DNA of 64,000 bases from Trueperaceae bacterium (GTDB lineage: Bacteria > Deinococcota > Deinococci > Deinococcales > Trueperaceae). The position numbers and the translations under genes are program-made. Each line of letters starts with the position of its first letter. The stretch's first letter is position 1. Below, in pieces: positions 1 through 10,184 of this stretch. The notes under the pieces are model-generated. The model was given only the letters and a program-made list of their open reading frames with translations, searched no databases and had not been told where the DNA came from. The stretch lies in the NCBI GenBank assembly GCA_965214405.1, contig OZ243956.1, positions 3,488,001 through 3,552,000 of the forward strand, given 5' to 3'.

Positions 1-1012
1 CGGTCACGATGTTGCGCTTGCCGGGGTTGGCGGCGACCGCTGCGTAGTACATGCTGTGGCGCGCGTCCCAAAGTTGCGCGCGCGCGTCGGGGTCGCTGCT
101 CGCCTCAAAGGCGCTCGAGCCGTGCTCTTTAGCCAAGTCCTCAGCCAGCGCAGCGTCCGCGGCGACGCCCGCCGGGTTGCCGTGGAACTCTAAGAAGATG
201 GTCATCTCTTCAGGGTAGCGCGTGCCCTTGTACGCGTTCACCGCGCGGATGCTCACGGGATCGACAAGTTCGCAGCGCGCGACGGGGACGCCCGCCTGGA
301 TAAGGCTCGTGACAAAGCCCGTGGCCGAAGCCGCGTCCGCAAAGGGCACGCGGGCGGCGGACGCCGCCTCGGGCAAGCCCACCAAGCGCAGCGTCACCTC
401 GGTCACGACGCCCAAGGTGCCCTCGGCACCACAAAAGAGGCGGGTTAAGTTGTAGCCGCTCGAGGATTTCCTGGCCCTCGAGCCCGTGCGAATCACCTTA
501 CCCGTGGGTGTGACCACTTCCAGCCCCAGCACATAATCCGCCGTCACCCCGTACCGCACCGCCGCCGTACCCGAAGCGTTGGTGGCGATCATGCCACCTA
601 ACGAGGCGTGCGCCCCAGGGTCGATGGGGAAAAAGAGCCCGCTCCGCCCCACCCGCTCGTTCACCTCCGGATAGGTCACAGCGGGCTGCGCGACGATGAG
701 CAGGTCGTCGGGCCGGACCTCCAAAATCTTGTTCATGCGGGCAAGAGAAAGCGAGATGCCGCCCCCCACCGGCACCGTGTGACCCTCCAAAGAGGAGTTC
801 GCCCCTACCGGCGTCACCGGAATGCCCCGTTCAAAGGCGTAAGTCACCACCCGCCGCACGTCTTCGGTCGATTCGGGATAGACCACCGCGTCGGGCAACC
901 GCGCCTCGTCAAACGACTCGCCCTTTGAATGCGCCTCCAGCACAGACGCACCCGTGCTAACTTGCTCCTCACCCAAAAGCTCGCGTAACCCGCTCACATC
1001 AGACACGTTCAA
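1..1012 (-). CDS. FAD-linked oxidase (D-lactate dehydrogenase/GlcD family), 3' end runs off the window
   Basis: Hand translation gives DPGAHASVGGMIATNASG, VRYGVTADYVLGLEVV, KSSSGYNLTRLFCGAEGTLGVVTEVTL. Probable TTG start at 1012 (GTG 1006 is an alternative). Confidence 0.85.
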   Translation of the reverse strand, partial: MNVSDVSGLRELLGEEQVSTGASVLEAHSKGESFDEARLPDAVVYPESTEDVRRVVTYAFERGIPVTPVGANSSLEGHTVPVGGGISLSLARMNKILEVRPDDLLIVAQPAVTYPEVNERVGRSGLFFPIDPGAHASLGGMIATNASGTAAVRYGVTADYVLGLEVVTPTGKVIRTGSRARKSSSGYNLTRLFCGAEGTLGVVTEVTLRLVGLPEAASAARVPFADAASATGFVTSLIQAGVPVARCELVDPVSIRAVNAYKGTRYPEEMTIFLEFHGNPAGVAADAALAEDLAKEHGSSAFEASSDPDARAQLWDARHSMYYAAVAANPGKRNIVT

Positions 1013-1044
1013 TCCCCCATCCTCTACCCACTACTCACTAGCCA

Positions 1045-1977
1045 CTATTCTCTAAGGCGCGGATCGAGCACGTCGCGGATGGCGTCACCCAACAGGTTAA
1101 ACCCCACGACCGACAAGAAAATCGCCAGGCCCGGAAAAATGGACATGTAGGGGGCTTGCAAAAATTTCTCGTATCCGGCCTTGATCATCGCGCCCCACTC
1201 GGGCGCGGGCGGCTGCACGCCGAGGCCCAAGAAGCCCAAGGCGGCCACGTCCAGAATCGCCACGCCAATCGACAGCGTGAGCTGCACGATAATGGGCGAG
1301 AGCGCGTTGGGGAAGATGTGCGAGAACACGACGCGCGGTCCCCCTGAGCCCAGCGCCCGCGCCGCCTGCACATATTCGGATTCACGCAGGCCCAGCACCA
1401 CCGAGCGCGTCACGCGCGTGTAGATGGGAATCTGCGTGATGCCGATGGCGACGAGCGCGTTGGTGAGGCTCGGCCCCAAAATCGCCACGATGGCGATTGC
1501 CAGCAAGATGCCGGGAAACGCCAGCAAGATGTCGACTAACCAGACGATCACGGTGTCGAGCCAGCCGCCCGCGTAGCCCGCCAAGAGGCCCAACAAGACG
1601 CCGATGCTCGAGGCAATCGCCACCGCAAAAAGCCCGACCCGCAGCGAGATGCGCCCGCCGTGCCACACGCGCACGAACAGGTCGCGGCCCTGCTGGTCGG
1701 TCCCGAAAGGCAGCGACCAGGTGCCCAAATCAAGCTCCTGACGCTCCGCCGCCGAGAGCGACCACGAGGGCGGGGTGAGGCGCAGCCGCAGGTTGCGGTC
1801 GGTCGTCGGATCGTAGGGCGAGAGCGCCGGTGCCAAAAGCGAGGTGATGATAAAAAACCCCACGATGGCGAGACCCAAAAGCCCCGTCGGGTTGCGAAAA
1901 AACCGCCGGAACGCGTCCTGCGCGAGCGAGCGCCCCTTGACGCGCTCCGCTCCGGGTGCCGCCGTGGTGCTAGCCAT
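1045..1977 (-). CDS. dppC: peptide ABC transporter permease (DppC/OppC)
   Basis: GTDQQGRD, EYVQAARALG (EAA) and PEWGAMI motifs. Start moved to MASTTAAP, which overlaps the dppB stop. Confidence 0.88.
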   Translation of the reverse strand: MASTTAAPGAERVKGRSLAQDAFRRFFRNPTGLLGLAIVGFFIITSLLAPALSPYDPTTDRNLRLRLTPPSWSLSAAERQELDLGTWSLPFGTDQQGRDLFVRVWHGGRISLRVGLFAVAIASSIGVLLGLLAGYAGGWLDTVIVWLVDILLAFPGILLAIAIVAILGPSLTNALVAIGITQIPIYTRVTRSVVLGLRESEYVQAARALGSGGPRVVFSHIFPNALSPIIVQLTLSIGVAILDVAALGFLGLGVQPPAPEWGAMIKAGYEKFLQAPYMSIFPGLAIFLSVVGFNLLGDAIRDVLDPRLRE

Positions 1978-2977
1978 ACTGAATCCTCGGGTCGATGAGC
2001 GCGTACGACAGGTCGATGAGCAAGTTGACAATCACAAAAACAAACGCCACAAACACGACCCCGCCCTGGACGATGGGATAATCGCGCGACTGGATGGCGT
2101 CGTAAATCCACTTGCCGATGCCGGGCCAGGCAAAGACCGTCTCGGTAAGAATCGCGCCCGACAGGAGCGCGCCGAAAGAGAGGCCGACGACGGTCACGAC
2201 CGGCAAAAGTGCGTTGCGTAGCGCGTGTTTGTTAACGACGATGCGGCGCACTAAGCCCTTGGCCCTGGCCGTCCTCACATAATCCTGACCCAGCACCTCC
2301 AACATCGAACTCCGCGTCATCCGCACCACAATCGCCAAAGGAATCGTGCCGAGCGCGATGCCGGGTAAAACGAGATGTTTGAGCGCGTTCACACTCACAT
2401 TGGGTTGACCGCGCAAAAATCCGTCGAGCACGTAAAAGCCGGTGACGGGCGCAAAGTTTCGCAAAGAAACGTCCAAACGGAGACCGGGCGGCAGCCACTG
2501 CAAATTGACCGCAAAAATATAAATAAGGATGATGGCGAGCCAGAACACCGGGAAACTCACCCCCGAGAGCGCCCCGACCATAAGCGCGGTGTCGAGCAGC
2601 GTGCCGCGGTTCAAGGCCGCCAGCACCCCTGCCGGGACGCCTATCACAAGAGCGAAAAGCATCGCCACCACGGTGAGTTCAAAGGTCGCCGGAAACCGCT
2701 CCGCCAGCCCCTGGCGCACGTTGATGCGCGTCAGGTAAGACTGGCCCAAGTCGCCCCGAACTGCGCCCCAGGCGAACTCGGCGTACTGGACCGGAAGCGG
2801 CCTGTTGAGCCCCATCTCTTCGCGCAGCCTCTCCCTCGCCTCGGGGGTCGAGCGCTCGCCCAGCATCAGGAGCGCCGGGTCGGCGGGGATAATGCGCGTC
2901 AAGGAGAACACGAGCAGGCTGATGCCGACGAGCACCGGAATGAGCCCCAACACGCGGCGGAGGATATACCCTGTCAA
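1970..2977 (-). CDS. dppB: peptide ABC transporter permease (DppB/OppB)
   Basis: YILRR N-terminus, DYVRTARAKGL, ETVFAWPGIG, DPRIQY. Confidence 0.9.
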   Translation of the reverse strand: MTGYILRRVLGLIPVLVGISLLVFSLTRIIPADPALLMLGERSTPEARERLREEMGLNRPLPVQYAEFAWGAVRGDLGQSYLTRINVRQGLAERFPATFELTVVAMLFALVIGVPAGVLAALNRGTLLDTALMVGALSGVSFPVFWLAIILIYIFAVNLQWLPPGLRLDVSLRNFAPVTGFYVLDGFLRGQPNVSVNALKHLVLPGIALGTIPLAIVVRMTRSSMLEVLGQDYVRTARAKGLVRRIVVNKHALRNALLPVVTVVGLSFGALLSGAILTETVFAWPGIGKWIYDAIQSRDYPIVQGGVVFVAFVFVIVNLLIDLSYALIDPRIQYG

Positions 2978-3060
2978 GAAAGCTCCATCAGATAAGCTCC
3001 ATAAAACTTGTGAGAATAAACTTGTTTAGCTTACGTACCGCTTTTGGGTAAGGGAGTGGT

Positions 3061-3084
3061 AACAAGGGGTTGCAACTCCTTGTT
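3061..3084. repeat. REP-like 24-bp palindrome
   Basis: AACAAGGGGTTG/CAACTCCTTGTT with one wobble mismatch, between dppA and dppB. Confidence 0.55.
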
Positions 3085-3160
3085 CTCTCTCTTCACTCGG
3101 TACCCGGCACTTCTTGAGTTACTATAACGCCTGTGCAGCGCGAATTCCTAAGATAAGGGT

Positions 3161-3187
3161 GGGGGTGCCCAACACCTGAGCACCCCC
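3161..3187 (-). terminator. stem-loop downstream of the substrate-binding gene
   Basis: GGGGGTGC...GCACCCCC inverted repeat with only a weak U-tract. Confidence 0.5.
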
Positions 3188-3213
3188 GAAAGCGTGAGTC
3201 CGTTACCGGGTTC

Positions 3214-4788
3214 CTACTGTTTGGTCACCGTGCGAAGCGGGATGGTCGAACCCAGCGGGCTGGGCACAAAGCCTTCGACGCCGCTCCCGACCGCGTTGAG
3301 CACGCGGTTATGCGCCACGGGAAGCTGAACGACGGTTTGGTTGATGATGTTGTCCACTTGCTCGTAAATCGTTTGGCGCTCCTCCTGGGTGCTCGCGCGG
3401 CGCGCGTCGTTGAGGAGGCTCAGGACCTCTTCTTGCTGCTCACCGGTCCAACCGTTGGCGGTAACCACGCTGGGACCGAAAAAGGTGTACAAGAAGTTGT
3501 CGGGGTCGGCGAAGTCCGCGCTCCAGCCGAGCATGTACATGGGGAACTTGCCGTCGTCGTAGTCTTCTAGGTAGGTGCCCCAGTCTTCGGTTAGAAGCTC
3601 AACCTCGATGCCCACGTCGGCCAGATAGCTCGCCATCGCGGTGGCGATGTCTTCGGGCGCGGGGAAGTAGGGGCGCGACACGGGCATGTACCAGAGTTCG
3701 GTGGAGAAGCCGTCGGGGAAGCCCGCTTCGGCGAGGAGTTCTCGAGCACGTTCGGGGTCGTAGGGGTAGGCCTCGAGCGCGTCGTCACGGCCCCACAGGG
3801 CGGGCGGCACGAACTGCGAGGCGACCTGGCCCAGACCGGCGTAAAACGCGTCTACAATGGCCTGCTGGTCAATCGCGTAGGCGACCGCCTGGCGCACCCG
3901 CTCGTCACCGAAGGGCTCATTGTCTTGGTGAAACGCCAGGTAACCGACGTTGAGGTTGGCGTCGACCATCGCGGGCTCGATAGAGTCGTCGCTCTCGACC
4001 TGCTCGAAGTCGTCTGAGGAGAGGTTGACTGCGATGTCGCAACTGCCCGACTTGAGCTGGGCCAAACGCGCGGTGGGGTCTTCGATGCCCAAGAACACCA
4101 GGCTGTCCACGCCGGGCGCGTCGCCCCAGTAGTTCTCGAAGGCGCTTAGCGCGACCTGCGAGCCGTCGACCCACTCGTCAAATCCAAAGGGGCCGGTGCC
4201 GACGATGGTCCCGTTGGGCGTGCCGTAGTCCGCGCCGCCCTCTTGTACTGCCGTAGGCGAGTGCATCCCGAAGTACGACGAGGCAAGCATCGCGGGCACG
4301 AACGAGACCGCCTGGTTGAGGTTGAGGCGCACCGTGGTGTCGTCCACCACGTCTACGGAGTCCAAGAGGCTGCCGTCGCCCAAGAAGCCGCCGAAAATCC
4401 AGGTCCAGGGGACGAAGGGCTTGTCGAAGCGGTACTCGTTGGCGGGGTCGTTCCAGCGGTCTAGGTTAAACTTGACCGCCTCGGCGTTAAACGGCGTGCC
4501 GTCTTGAAAGGTCACGTCGTCGCGCAGGGTCAGGGTCCACTCGGTCGAGTCCTCGTTGGCCGACCACTCGGTCGCCAAACCCGGCGCGGTGTTGCCCGTG
4601 CCCGGCTCGAAGAATACTAGCGGCTCTAGGACCTGATAGGCGGGCGTGAGCGAGTTGCCGTCCTGGCCCGTGTCGAGCGTGACCGGCAGGCCGCTCTGGC
4701 AGAACACCAGCGTCGACGCGTCTTGCGCGTTTGCCAGGCCGCCAACCAAGCCCAACGTGAGGACGAAACTTAAAACGAATCTTTTCAT
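3214..4788 (-). CDS. dppA: peptide ABC transporter substrate-binding protein (family 5, DppA-like)
   Basis: Signal peptide, PGLATEW, GTGPF, WYMPVSRPYFP, GWSADFADPDNF. GGAGG RBS. Confidence 0.9.
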   Translation of the reverse strand: MKRFVLSFVLTLGLVGGLANAQDASTLVFCQSGLPVTLDTGQDGNSLTPAYQVLEPLVFFEPGTGNTAPGLATEWSANEDSTEWTLTLRDDVTFQDGTPFNAEAVKFNLDRWNDPANEYRFDKPFVPWTWIFGGFLGDGSLLDSVDVVDDTTVRLNLNQAVSFVPAMLASSYFGMHSPTAVQEGGADYGTPNGTIVGTGPFGFDEWVDGSQVALSAFENYWGDAPGVDSLVFLGIEDPTARLAQLKSGSCDIAVNLSSDDFEQVESDDSIEPAMVDANLNVGYLAFHQDNEPFGDERVRQAVAYAIDQQAIVDAFYAGLGQVASQFVPPALWGRDDALEAYPYDPERARELLAEAGFPDGFSTELWYMPVSRPYFPAPEDIATAMASYLADVGIEVELLTEDWGTYLEDYDDGKFPMYMLGWSADFADPDNFLYTFFGPSVVTANGWTGEQQEEVLSLLNDARRASTQEERQTIYEQVDNIINQTVVQLPVAHNRVLNAVGSGVEGFVPSPLGSTIPLRTVTKQ

Positions 4789-5105
4789 GTAACCTCCAGT
4801 AAATATTGTTCAGACGGCGTTCGGTTTCTCTTCTTATGCTTTACAAGGTTGCCACTAGGCGACACCCTCATTCCAGCACTCTTGTCTCAAACATTCTGTT
4901 GTGACATTCCTCACCGTCTGATTCACCACAAAGTCTAGCACAACCGCGTTCCCGCGCAAGGCTGGACAAAGAATTCATGAACAAAGGATTGCTGAAGAGG
5001 CTTCACAAGGGTTGGCGCGACGGTGAGGAATGCCCGCTGATGGGACTGTCTCGCTGATGAGATTACCTCACTTTTGATGTATCAGCCCTTGACACGTTGA
5101 AAGCG

Positions 5106-5888
5106 TTAGCCAATCTCGATAATGCTACCCACGGGGGGCCGCCCAAACATGTCCCAGGCGCTCCCCCCGCGTAAAAAGAGCTCCATCCAGCGAATTTGCG
5201 TCTCGCCGACCCTCCAGCCGCTACTCCCCGGTGAAAAGGCGAGCGCGCCCTTGGGCACCGCGAACGAGCCGTCGCTCAAGGAGGCCTCTTGGGTGGTGTC
5301 ACCGATGCGGAGGGTCAGGCTCGAGCCCACCTCCCGCCCCACCTCCTCAAACCGAAACGTCGTCTTGAGGTTGCCAAAGCCGTCGATGTAGGCGACTCTG
5401 GCCTCCGGCACCTGGGGAACGTCGGCGGGGGAGACCTCTCCGGCCAGCGCGTCAACCTCCCCCCGCGCCACCGCCGCGACGTGGCGGGGGAAAAGGTCGC
5501 GCGAGCGGAACTGCGAGCCCTCCGCTGCGACGGCCACAAAGCGAAGCTCCTCGGCTGTATCTTTTAGAAAAGAAAAAGCGTAGCCCGCGTTCACCCCCAC
5601 CACCTTGACGCCGCCCGGCAGGCGCGCGTAAGCAAGGCGCTCGCCCGCGTTATTTTGCCGCGCCTCGCCGTTGTCCTCTCGAGGCGCGACGTTGTGGTAA
5701 ATCACGGTTCCCTCGGGCGCGTCGTTAAGACCCAACTGCGCCACGCAAAAGCCCGCCGCGAGGGTAGCAAAGGGTGGCACGGGCGTAAGGACGAGTTCGG
5801 CCTCGGGCAAAAGGCGCTTCAAACGCTGCACCACCTCGGCAAAGGCCAGGTCGCCGTGGCCGTAGTCGGCGATGAGGTGGACTAACAC
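5106..5888 (-). CDS. SAM hydroxide adenosyltransferase/halogenase family (DUF62)
   Basis: LIADYG, SQFRSRDLF, YIDGFGNLKT motifs. Confidence 0.75.
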   Translation of the reverse strand: MLVHLIADYGHGDLAFAEVVQRLKRLLPEAELVLTPVPPFATLAAGFCVAQLGLNDAPEGTVIYHNVAPREDNGEARQNNAGERLAYARLPGGVKVVGVNAGYAFSFLKDTAEELRFVAVAAEGSQFRSRDLFPRHVAAVARGEVDALAGEVSPADVPQVPEARVAYIDGFGNLKTTFRFEEVGREVGSSLTLRIGDTTQEASLSDGSFAVPKGALAFSPGSSGWRVGETQIRWMELFLRGGSAWDMFGRPPVGSIIEIG

Positions 5889-7180
5889 GCGCTTCCCAGC
5901 ATCGCTTTGCCTCCCACATAAACCTGCGCCACGCTGTGCTCTCTCGCCAGCGTAAAGATGGCGGCCAAGCTGGCCTCATGAGAAGGACTCTCGGCGAGCA
6001 CCGCTTTGAGCGTGCTCCCCTCCAGCGGGCGCACCAAGACGGCGTCGGCCTCCTTGCCGGGCGCGAAACTGCCCACGCTCTCCCCCAGCCCCAGCGCCTC
6101 CGCCCCCGCGAGCGTCGCCAGGTAGAGGAGATGCGCGGGGCTCAAAAGATAACCGTCCTCGTGAAGCATCTGCGTCTGATAAGCCATCAGCCCCTCCTTG
6201 AACAAGCTAAAGCCGGTGCCGCCGCCCACGTCGGAGCCGAGCGCGAAGGGGACGCCGTAACGCAGGTGCGCGCGCATCGGGAAAAGCCCCGAGCCGATAA
6301 ACATGTTGGAGCTCGGGCAGTGCGCGACGCTCGAGCCCGCCCCGCCCAAGCGCTCCAACTCGCGGTCATACACGTGGACGTTATGCGCAAAGACCGAACG
6401 CGGGGTGACGAGGCCGTGCGCGTCATAGGTCGCCAGATAATCGCGCGCGCCCTCGAAAAGCCTTAGCACCACGCTGATTTCTTCGATTTGTTCGTTTAGG
6501 TGGCTGGTAAATAAAAGGTCGGGCGTTTCTTGGAGGAGACCGCCGCAAGCCTCCAACATCGCGTCCGTGCAGGAGAGCGAGAAGCGTGGCGTCACCGCGT
6601 AGCGCAGCCGCCCGCGGTTGTGCCAGCGCTGGACGAGCGCCCGGCTCTCTCGGAACGCCTCCTCCGGCGTGCGGTGCAGTTTTTCTGTTAAGTTTCGGTC
6701 TGAAACAACCAACCCGCTCGAGACGCGAAGCCCCGACGCCTCCGCCTCCTCGAAAAAAAGGTCCATCGCCCTTGCGAAGTGGCTGCCGAACACGAGCGCC
6801 GTGGTGGTGCCGTTCTTGACGAGGTGAGAGAGAAAGGTTCGGGACGCGTCTCGTGCGTACTGTTCATCCGCAAAGCGTTCCTCGACGGGTAGCGTGCGCT
6901 GCTCAAGCCACTCGAGCAACCTCAACCCCATCGCCCCGATGACCGGAAGTTGCGGCAAATGAACGTGCGTGTCCACAAAACCGGGAAATAAAAAGGCACC
7001 TCGGTGGTCCAGCACCTCGGCCTCAGGATACACCTCGCTTACCTGAGCATAATCACCCACGGCGAGGATTTTTTCACCCTCAAAAGCGAGCGCGCCGTCG
7101 GCGAAGCACTCGAGCGCCCCCGCCTCCTCAAAAGGATTTTTGGGCGTGTGGAATATAGAGGCGCGCAGGAGCGTGGGCAT
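5882..7180 (-). CDS. guaD: guanine deaminase
   Basis: PGFVDTHVHLPQ, VTPRFSLSCT, HLNE, HCPSSN, GSDVGGGT. Confidence 0.92.
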   Translation of the reverse strand: MPTLLRASIFHTPKNPFEEAGALECFADGALAFEGEKILAVGDYAQVSEVYPEAEVLDHRGAFLFPGFVDTHVHLPQLPVIGAMGLRLLEWLEQRTLPVEERFADEQYARDASRTFLSHLVKNGTTTALVFGSHFARAMDLFFEEAEASGLRVSSGLVVSDRNLTEKLHRTPEEAFRESRALVQRWHNRGRLRYAVTPRFSLSCTDAMLEACGGLLQETPDLLFTSHLNEQIEEISVVLRLFEGARDYLATYDAHGLVTPRSVFAHNVHVYDRELERLGGAGSSVAHCPSSNMFIGSGLFPMRAHLRYGVPFALGSDVGGGTGFSLFKEGLMAYQTQMLHEDGYLLSPAHLLYLATLAGAEALGLGESVGSFAPGKEADAVLVRPLEGSTLKAVLAESPSHEASLAAIFTLAREHSVAQVYVGGKAMLGSAC

Positions 7181-7203
7181 GGCCGTTCATTGTACAGGTT
7201 CGC

Positions 7204-8967
7204 TCAACCGGAAACGCCAAAGGGCACGAGTTCGCTCTTCATGACGTCCACCAGCCCTATGTCGGTGAGGCGCAAGGCGGGGATGACGGCGAGGCCCAAG
7301 AAGCTCAGGGTCATGAAGGGCGCGGGGAGGCGGTTGCCGAGGGTGACGGCGGCGCGCTCGAGCCCGTCCAACTTCTCCCGCACTTCTTCCAAGGGCTCAT
7401 CCGTCACGAGACCCGCCAAGGGGAGGGGGAGTTCGGCCAAAACGCGCCCTTCGGCCACCGCGACGAAGCCGCCGCCCAGTGTTTCCAAACGTCGGCAAGC
7501 GAGCAGCAAATCCTCGTCACCCACGCCCACCGCGAGCAGGTTGTGGTGGTCGTGGCCCACCGTCGAGGCCAGCGCGCCCTTTTTTAAGCCAAAGCCCGTC
7601 ACCAGCCCCACGCTGACCCCGCCGTTTTTGCCGTGGCGCTCAACGCAGACGAGTTTGAGGAGGTCGTTCTCCGTATCCGCCACCACCTCGCTGCCCACGA
7701 CTTTGGGCGTAACCCGCACCTCTTCGGTTAGCACCTGATAGGGCACGGGCCGGATGCAGCGGGCGGGGCCGGAGGGGGCCTCGAGCCTAAACGACGCTTC
7801 AGTAAGCTCCGGCAGCCGCACCGTGTTCAGAACGGCGCTCGCGTTCACTTTCTTGGGAATCAAAAGTGTAACGAGTTCGCCCCCCGCCGCCACCCGCACC
7901 CCGTTTTTATAAACCTCCGCCGCGTGAAACGTCTCCAAATTGTCCACAACCACCAAATCAGCAAAATACCCCGGTGCCACGGCCCCGCGCCGGGGCAGGC
8001 GGTAGTGGCGCGCGGTATTGAGGCTCGAGCAGCGCACCGCATAAACAGGGTCCACCCCCGCTTCTATCGCCCCGCGCACGAGGCAGTCCACGCCGCCCTC
8101 ATCGAGCAAATCGTGCGGCAGCCGGTCGTCGGTCACGAAGCCCACCCGGTCCCCGTGTTTGGGGTTCACGAGCGGCAAAAGCGCTGCCAGATTGCGCGTC
8201 ACCGAGCCCTCGCGGACCATCAAAAAGAGACCTGCGCGGAGTTTCTCGAGCCCCTCCTCGAGCGTCGTCGCCTCGTGGTCCGAGGCGAGTCCGGCGGCCA
8301 GATAAGCTTGCAAATCTCGCCCCGTGAGCCCCGGCGCGTGCCCCTCGAGCGTCTTCCCACGCGCCTCGGCCAGAAGCACCTTTTGCAGGTTTTCCTCGTC
8401 CCCACTTATAAGCGCGGGAAAGCTCATGAGTTCGGCCAGGCCGACGACGCGGGGGTGCTCGAGCAGCGCCTCAATCTCCCCTAGACCCAGGGTTGCGCCG
8501 GAGGTCTCGAGCGGCGTCGAGGGCACGCAAGAGGGCACCGTGACCCACACGTCCAGGGGCAATTCTTCGGAACTTTCTAACAGCCAATGGATACCCGGCA
8601 CCCCCGCCACGTTGCCGATTTCGTGCGGGTCGCACACGACGCCCGTCACGCCGCGCGGGACGGTGGCGGCGGCGTAGGCGGCGGGGGTGACCAAGGAGGA
8701 CTCGAGGTGGACGTGCCCGTCAATCAAGCCCGGCGCGAGGTGGCGGCCCGCCAAGTCCACCGTCTCGTCAGCCTCGGCATTTTTGAAAACCTCTCCCACG
8801 CCCGCGATGAGTTTGCCCGCTAAAAGCACGTGCGTTTCGTCCACCGTCCCGGTAAAAACGTTGAGGACGCGCGCGTTCTTAAAAAGATAGGTGCCGGGTT
8901 TTCGGCCTGCGGCCACGTCCACCGCGAAGCGCAGGTCCTCGAGGGTGACGGGGGCTCGAGGCGTCAT
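7204..8967 (-). CDS. ade: adenine deaminase
   Basis: PGLIDGHVHLESS, DPHEIGNV, PSCVP, SDHEA, HDHHN, LRLTDIGL. Confidence 0.93.
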   Translation of the reverse strand: MTPRAPVTLEDLRFAVDVAAGRKPGTYLFKNARVLNVFTGTVDETHVLLAGKLIAGVGEVFKNAEADETVDLAGRHLAPGLIDGHVHLESSLVTPAAYAAATVPRGVTGVVCDPHEIGNVAGVPGIHWLLESSEELPLDVWVTVPSCVPSTPLETSGATLGLGEIEALLEHPRVVGLAELMSFPALISGDEENLQKVLLAEARGKTLEGHAPGLTGRDLQAYLAAGLASDHEATTLEEGLEKLRAGLFLMVREGSVTRNLAALLPLVNPKHGDRVGFVTDDRLPHDLLDEGGVDCLVRGAIEAGVDPVYAVRCSSLNTARHYRLPRRGAVAPGYFADLVVVDNLETFHAAEVYKNGVRVAAGGELVTLLIPKKVNASAVLNTVRLPELTEASFRLEAPSGPARCIRPVPYQVLTEEVRVTPKVVGSEVVADTENDLLKLVCVERHGKNGGVSVGLVTGFGLKKGALASTVGHDHHNLLAVGVGDEDLLLACRRLETLGGGFVAVAEGRVLAELPLPLAGLVTDEPLEEVREKLDGLERAAVTLGNRLPAPFMTLSFLGLAVIPALRLTDIGLVDVMKSELVPFGVSG

Positions 8968-9046
8968 GGCTGTGTCCAGTCAAACTGTGAGACTAAATCA
9001 AACTTACAGAACATCTCGCAGTATAACGCCACGGTGTGTTCGACTC

Positions 9047-10042
9047 TCACCACGCCTCGTTGGCGTCTACACCGTCCCCAGCCGCTTTGTCCCACACCTC
9101 ACCCTCGCCCGACGCCTCCCACTCGTCCATCGCCAGGGCGTACTCACCGCTTAGTCCTTCCTCCCAAAAACGCATCACCTCGAGCACCGCTTTTTCCTTC
9201 GCCTTGGCCTCGAGCATCAAGTCAAACGGCTCGTCCCCGTTTACCTCACGCATCCTTTGAAGCGTCTTTTCAAAATCCTCTCGCGTCACCATGTCGGCGT
9301 GCGCAGTGGAGATGTCGCGGGGGCTCGAGAGGTGAAACTTGGGCACGCGCCCGCCCCACGTCGCCACTACCCTTTGGAGTGTTCCTGTTAGGTCATCTTT
9401 GCACGGGCCGTTACCGGGGTAACAGGCGTGGTGGAAAAAGTCGAAAATCGCGGGGATGTTTAGATGTTCGCAAAGATAAAGCACCTCGTCTACGGCAAAG
9501 ATTTTATCGTCGTTCTCGAGCGTCAGCTTGGTCTTGACCCGCTCCGGGAGGCGCTGGAAGTTGGTTCGAAAGGCCTCCAATGCCCCCGCCTTGTCGCCGT
9601 AGGCCCCGCCGATGTGCAGCGTGAGCGTGCCTTCCGGCGCGACCCTCTCTAAGAACCGTGCGTGATAATCGAGTTCAGCCAGCGCGCGTGTGACGATTGC
9701 TTCGTTGGGCGAGTTGAGGACGGTGTACTGGCCGGGGTGCATGGCGAGGCGCAGGTTGTTCTCCGCGATAAAGCGGCGTAAATCTTCCAAGGTGTCGGCA
9801 AAGCGCGCTTCCCAATCCAGGGGAAAGTCCGGGTGCGAGCCGAAGGGAATGACGCTCGAGCCCACCCGGAAAAAGCGGATGCCGTGAGAAAGGTTCCACT
9901 CGAGGATCGCGCGTAAATCCGCCAAATTCTGCTCGATCACCCCCGCCACCCGCTCGTCTAAGTTGGCGAGCCGGAGTGTGCGGTTGGTGGTGCGTTTCAG
10001 ACCAAGGTTTTGGGCCGCGTACCCTAAATAGCGTAGTTTCAT
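9047..10042 (-). CDS. uvsE: UV DNA damage endonuclease with an extra C-terminal tail
   Basis: HPGQYTVLNSP, LHIGGAYGDK, LENDD, DFFHH, HAD, DLMLEAKAKE. TAGGGT -10 lies 6 nt before the ATG. Confidence 0.92.
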   Translation of the reverse strand: MKLRYLGYAAQNLGLKRTTNRTLRLANLDERVAGVIEQNLADLRAILEWNLSHGIRFFRVGSSVIPFGSHPDFPLDWEARFADTLEDLRRFIAENNLRLAMHPGQYTVLNSPNEAIVTRALAELDYHARFLERVAPEGTLTLHIGGAYGDKAGALEAFRTNFQRLPERVKTKLTLENDDKIFAVDEVLYLCEHLNIPAIFDFFHHACYPGNGPCKDDLTGTLQRVVATWGGRVPKFHLSSPRDISTAHADMVTREDFEKTLQRMREVNGDEPFDLMLEAKAKEKAVLEVMRFWEEGLSGEYALAMDEWEASGEGEVWDKAAGDGVDANEAW

Positions 10043-10148
10043 GCGGCTACCCTAAAACGTGACGGCGGGCGAGAAAAGCGTGTAGGAGACGGTTGGCGCT
10101 CGCTCGCCTTGGGTTGGTACGTTTTTCGGTGCGAACGTTCGCCAAGCC

Positions 10149-10178
10149 TTGACAGAGGCGGCGTAACTGCCATATACT
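10149..10178 (+). promoter_or_regulatory. sigma70-type promoter for the lexA operon
   Basis: TTGACA-N18-TATACT. Confidence 0.7.
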
Positions 10179-10184
10179 GCCTTA

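Noticed and set aside
10131..10142. GCGAACGTTCGC as a Gram-positive SOS box
   Set aside because: The GAAC and GTTC half-sites have no 4-nt spacer. Kept only as a secondary palindrome.
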